Shown: piece after piece, positions 60,554 to 64,000 of the stretch
Position numbering within the stretch: position 1 is the stretch's first letter
How the letters are laid out: every line of letters begins with the position of its first letter
Source of the DNA: Microcoleus sp.
GTDB taxonomy: Bacteria > Cyanobacteriota > Cyanobacteriia > Cyanobacteriales > Microcoleaceae
DNA length: 64,000 bases
Assembly: GCA_042408215.1 (NCBI GenBank)
Contig: JAYFMW010000020.1
Span: 384,001-448,000, forward strand
Reading direction: 5' to 3'
Notes under the pieces: model-generated
What the model saw: the letters and a program-made list of their open reading frames with translations, nothing else
The model's database searches: none
Told to the model about the DNA's origin: nothing
Program-made: the position numbers and the translations under genes

Positions 60554-61806
60554 AAATGCTAATAAATGAGACAGCTAAAATGCAGAAAACTCTCCCAAAA
60601 ACTGAAACAAATATGAATGTAATCGTTATGCTTGAGCATCACTTTTGGCAAACTCCCGATCGAGCCGTGTGGACGCAGACAATGTTCCCCTATTCATTTT
60701 GGCTGCGTTACCTGGACGTTTTTGACCAGGTGAAGGTTGTGGCGCGAATGGGCGAAGTGAGGGAGATTCCTCCTAACTGGAAACGGGCTGACGGTGAGGG
60801 GGTAACATTTACACCCGTGCCGGATTACACCGGGCCTCTTCAGTATCTTTTCCGGGCAAGGCAAGTAAAACAGGCGGTCAGAAATGCCTTAAATGGAACT
60901 GATGCTGTGATTTTGCGCGTTGGTTCTCAATTGGCTAACGATCTCGAACCTTTGCTGCGTCATAGTGACCATCCTTACGGCGTGGAAGTTGTAGCTGATC
61001 CCTACGATGTCTTTGCACCTGGTTCTGTTAAACATCCCTTGAGAGTCTTCTTCCGCTGGATGTTCACCCGTCGATTACAACAGCAGTGCTATGGAGCCTG
61101 TGCTGCTGCTTACGTCACTGAACGCGCCTTGCAACAGCGCTATCCACCAGCCAATGATGCTTTTTCGACACACTATTCCAGTGTTGAGTTGCCGGATCGG
61201 GCTTTCGTACCTTTTCCTCGTTCACTTAAAGAGATGCACCCGTTGACTCTGATCACCGTAGGTACGCAGGATCAACTTTATAAGGCTCCAGATGTGCTGA
61301 TTGATGCTGTCGCGGCCTGCCTTGAAGGGGGGTTAGACCTCAAATTAGTGTTGGTGGGGGATGGTAAACACCGAGGGGAACTGGAGGCGCAAGCTGCAAA
61401 GCTGAATCTGGGTGAGCGCGTTTGTTTTCTGGGCAACTTGCCTGCGGGGGAGGCGGTGCGAACTGAGTTCGATCGCGCCGATCTGTTTGTCTTGCCATCT
61501 CATCAAGAAGGCTTGCCCAGGGCGATGATTGAGGCGATGGCACGGGCGCTTCCTTGCATTGGCTCAACTGTGGGGGGTATCCCTGAATTGCTACCGCCTG
61601 AAGATATGGTACCACCTGGTAATGTGGCTGCTCTAGCGGGCAAAATTCGCGAGGTGGTGAGTCACCCAGAACGCATGACTCGGATGTCTGCACGGAATTG
61701 GGAAAAGGCAAAAGATTACAGAGAGGAGGTGTTACGCGATCGCAGAATTGCATTTTACCGCCATGTCCGTGACACAACCGAGGCTTGGCTTAAACAAAAA
61801 TACTAG
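60550..61806 (+). CDS. GT4 family glycosyltransferase (start may be ATG 60613)
   Basis: EGLPRAMIEAMA, VGGIPE. Confidence 0.9.
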   Translation: MKMLINETAKMQKTLPKTETNMNVIVMLEHHFWQTPDRAVWTQTMFPYSFWLRYLDVFDQVKVVARMGEVREIPPNWKRADGEGVTFTPVPDYTGPLQYLFRARQVKQAVRNALNGTDAVILRVGSQLANDLEPLLRHSDHPYGVEVVADPYDVFAPGSVKHPLRVFFRWMFTRRLQQQCYGACAAAYVTERALQQRYPPANDAFSTHYSSVELPDRAFVPFPRSLKEMHPLTLITVGTQDQLYKAPDVLIDAVAACLEGGLDLKLVLVGDGKHRGELEAQAAKLNLGERVCFLGNLPAGEAVRTEFDRADLFVLPSHQEGLPRAMIEAMARALPCIGSTVGGIPELLPPEDMVPPGNVAALAGKIREVVSHPERMTRMSARNWEKAKDYREEVLRDRRIAFYRHVRDTTEAWLKQKY

Positions 61807-61850
61807 CAATTGTTTGGATCAAATCAGTGTTAAAAAATTCCCTATTCTCT

Positions 61851-61951
61851 AGGCTTCTTGCCAAAGTCCGAAATATTGGATTTTTTACCAAAAATATCCG
61901 CAGATGTACAGAAATGAACACAGATGGGTTAATGAGTTTTGCAAGAGATCT
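61851..61951. mobile_element. Degenerate AGACCTCTTGCAAAA-family MITE
   Basis: AGGCTTCTTGCCAAAG...TTTTGCAAGAGATCT followed by AAT. Confidence 0.55.
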
Positions 61952-61952
61952 A

Positions 61953-63113
61953 ATGAACAAACTGTTACTTGTTACTGCTGTTCCAGATGCCCTCCGCGCT
62001 TTCTTGCTTCCTTTTGGCGATCGTTTCCGCGCTAAGGGATGGCGAGTAGATGCAATGGCTCACGGTGTTTCGACTTGTGCTTTTTGCACAAAGGCTTTCG
62101 ATCGCGTTTGGGATGTGGAGTTTTCCCGCAGCCCCGATCGTCCCCGAAATCTCTTAGTTGCTCCACCAAAAATCCGAGAAATCGTAGTGCGCGAAGGCTA
62201 TGATATCGTTCATGTTCACATGGCAGTTGCCGCTTTTGTCACCCGGTACGCCCTCAAAGGTGTGAGAGGACAGCATAAGCCTCAGATTATCTACACGGCT
62301 CACGGCTTTAACTTCTACCAAGGGGAAAATCCCCTGAAAAACGCGATCTTTTTAACCTTGGAAAAGTTGGCGGGGCAATGGACTGATTACTTGGTGACAA
62401 TGAATCGCGAGGATGAAGCCGCCGCAAAGCACTATGGTCTTCTTCCGGCTCACAGAGTCCGGTATATGCCAGGAATTGGCGTAGATCTTCAACAATACAA
62501 TGTCAATGCTATTTCTGATGCTGAGGTTGTGCAGGCGCGACAAGAACTGGGACTTGCACCGGAAACGCCTCTGTTTTTATCCATTGCGGAGTTCATTCCC
62601 CGCAAGCGCCATCGCGATGTTTTACGGGCATTTGCAAAAGTTGCTAGACCTGAAGCCCACCTAGCTTTTGCTGGTTCTGGCCCACTCATGCCGGAGATGC
62701 AGCAGTTAGCCTCTGCGCTGGGTGTGGCAGAACGAGTGCATTTTTTGGGCTACCGTCGGGACATACCGACTTTGGTTAAGGCTTCGGTGGCGACGGTGCT
62801 GGCTTCCGAACAAGAGGGGCTACCCAGGAGTGTGATGGAGTCTTTGTGCTTGGAAGTTCCGGTTATTGGTACTGATATTCGGGGTATCCAGGATTTGCTG
62901 GAAGGAGATTGCGGTTTGCTCGTTCAGTTGGGCAATGTGGAGCAACTTTCTCAGGCAATGACTTGGATTTTAGACCATCCCACCGCGGCGAAAGCAATGG
63001 GCAAGCGGGGACGGGAACTGATGGCGACCTATGACTTGCAGCATATTCTCAATTTGCACGAAGCGTTGTATGCAGAGGCTTTAGAACAGGTCAAGCCTAT
63101 GGTTTCTGTTTGA
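61953..63113 (+). CDS. GT4 family glycosyltransferase (EpsD-like)
   Basis: YTAHGF, PGIGVD, EGLPRSVMES. Confidence 0.9.
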   Translation: MNKLLLVTAVPDALRAFLLPFGDRFRAKGWRVDAMAHGVSTCAFCTKAFDRVWDVEFSRSPDRPRNLLVAPPKIREIVVREGYDIVHVHMAVAAFVTRYALKGVRGQHKPQIIYTAHGFNFYQGENPLKNAIFLTLEKLAGQWTDYLVTMNREDEAAAKHYGLLPAHRVRYMPGIGVDLQQYNVNAISDAEVVQARQELGLAPETPLFLSIAEFIPRKRHRDVLRAFAKVARPEAHLAFAGSGPLMPEMQQLASALGVAERVHFLGYRRDIPTLVKASVATVLASEQEGLPRSVMESLCLEVPVIGTDIRGIQDLLEGDCGLLVQLGNVEQLSQAMTWILDHPTAAKAMGKRGRELMATYDLQHILNLHEALYAEALEQVKPMVSV

Positions 63114-63213
63114 GAACTTACGCAAAAAAACCCAGTTTCTTCGCAAAATCCTGGGTTTAGGCGATCGAGGTATAGCAGAAACCGGGTTTTTTGCCCCCGT
63201 GTGGGTAAGTCCT
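63114..63213. mobile_element. MITE-like element with (G)ACTTACGCA-type ends
   Basis: GAACTTACGCA...TGGGTAAGTCCT with inner AAACCC(A/G)GTTTC hairpin; a single such end also at 17816. Confidence 0.6.
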
Positions 63214-63301
63214 GTGTTTAATAAAAATGTCGGTTCATTTAACAAAATATACTCGGAATTACAACGGTTAACTAATCTATTGTTGGCAGGAGTTTAAAGA
63301 A

Positions 63302-64000
63302 ATGGATTCGGAATTTTATCCTAGTCAATGTTTGCCTATCTCTGACCTGAATGGTTCGCCAATTTGGACAGCAGAACAGTGGCAAGAAGCGCAAAAAAAA
63401 TATCTTGACAAACGCCAAGGTATTCGAGTATCATTGGGAATGAAACGCATCTTCGATTTGGCGATTTCCAGCCTTGCTATCCTCATTTTACTCCCGGTTC
63501 TGGCTCTGATTTCTTTAGCCATCCGACTCAGTTCTCCCGGCCCAATTTTATTTCGCCAAGAACGATTGGGCCAGCTGGCTCAACCATTTAAAATTTACAA
63601 ATTTCGCACGATGATTGATGGTGCGATCTCTCAAGGTGCGGGAATTAATACTTTTAAAGGCGATCCTCGTGTCACCCCCATCGGTCGATTCTTGCGCGAA
63701 TACCATCTTGATGAATTACCGCAACTCTTCAATGTTTTACGGGGTGAAATGAGTTTAGTCGGGCCTCGACCGCTGTTAGTTCAGTCTTTACCAACTTACA
63801 CCGATTGGCAAAAACAACGCTTCTTAGTGTCCCCAGGTATTACAGCTTGGGAGGCAGTACAAGGCGGTCTTCTCAACACATTAGAGGAACGGCTAAAACT
63901 AGATGTTTGGTATGTGAATAATTGGAATTTTTGGTTAGACTTAGTTATCCTGATCCGTACAATTCCCGTAGTTCTTAGTAAAGAAGGAGCCTATGCTAAA
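63302..64000 (+). CDS. Initiating phosphoglycosyl transferase (bacterial sugar transferase), runs off window
   Basis: Open frame missing from the ORF track: MKRIFDL, KFRTM, DPRVTPIGRFLR, LDELPQLFNVLRGEMSLVGPRP, PGIT. Confidence 0.92.
   Translation, partial: MDSEFYPSQCLPISDLNGSPIWTAEQWQEAQKKYLDKRQGIRVSLGMKRIFDLAISSLAILILLPVLALISLAIRLSSPGPILFRQERLGQLAQPFKIYKFRTMIDGAISQGAGINTFKGDPRVTPIGRFLREYHLDELPQLFNVLRGEMSLVGPRPLLVQSLPTYTDWQKQRFLVSPGITAWEAVQGGLLNTLEERLKLDVWYVNNWNFWLDLVILIRTIPVVLSKEGAYAK

Overview
The window comes from a filamentous cyanobacterium, probably Oscillatoriales/Microcoleus-like. This is inferred from dense HIP1 GCGATCGC sites, heptamer STRR arrays, NtcA boxes and the gene content. 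Core-type content: an arsenic cluster (arsR-pstS-acr3-arsH-arsC-arsS-dedA), a Cache/GAF histidine kinase, tRNA-Ala(CGC), an NtcA-controlled urea transporter urtABC-(AIM24)-DE, a cheY-cheW-mcp-cheA-cheW chemosensory operon, class II aldolase, tex, mobA, ntcB-cnaT, a decayed tnpB, and the start of a Wzx/Wzy exopolysaccharide cluster. The most unusual region is 4935-8166. A conserved gene is split in frame by a 2.6 kb cargo element bounded by two inverted MITEs with an AAT target duplication. The cargo is a proteobacterial-style cold-shock protein, a G-domain-only EF-Tu paralog lacking switch I and the catalytic His, and an integron-type toxin-antitoxin cassette with a canonical attC site. The first two genes are each followed by the same HIP1+REP motif. 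Other highlights are a CapD/PglF sugar dehydratase fused to a degenerate EAL domain, a chemoreceptor with an ethylene-receptor-like CxxxH membrane domain, and many modular MITE/REP/STRR repeats. All family calls are from motif recognition by eye; no database searches were run.
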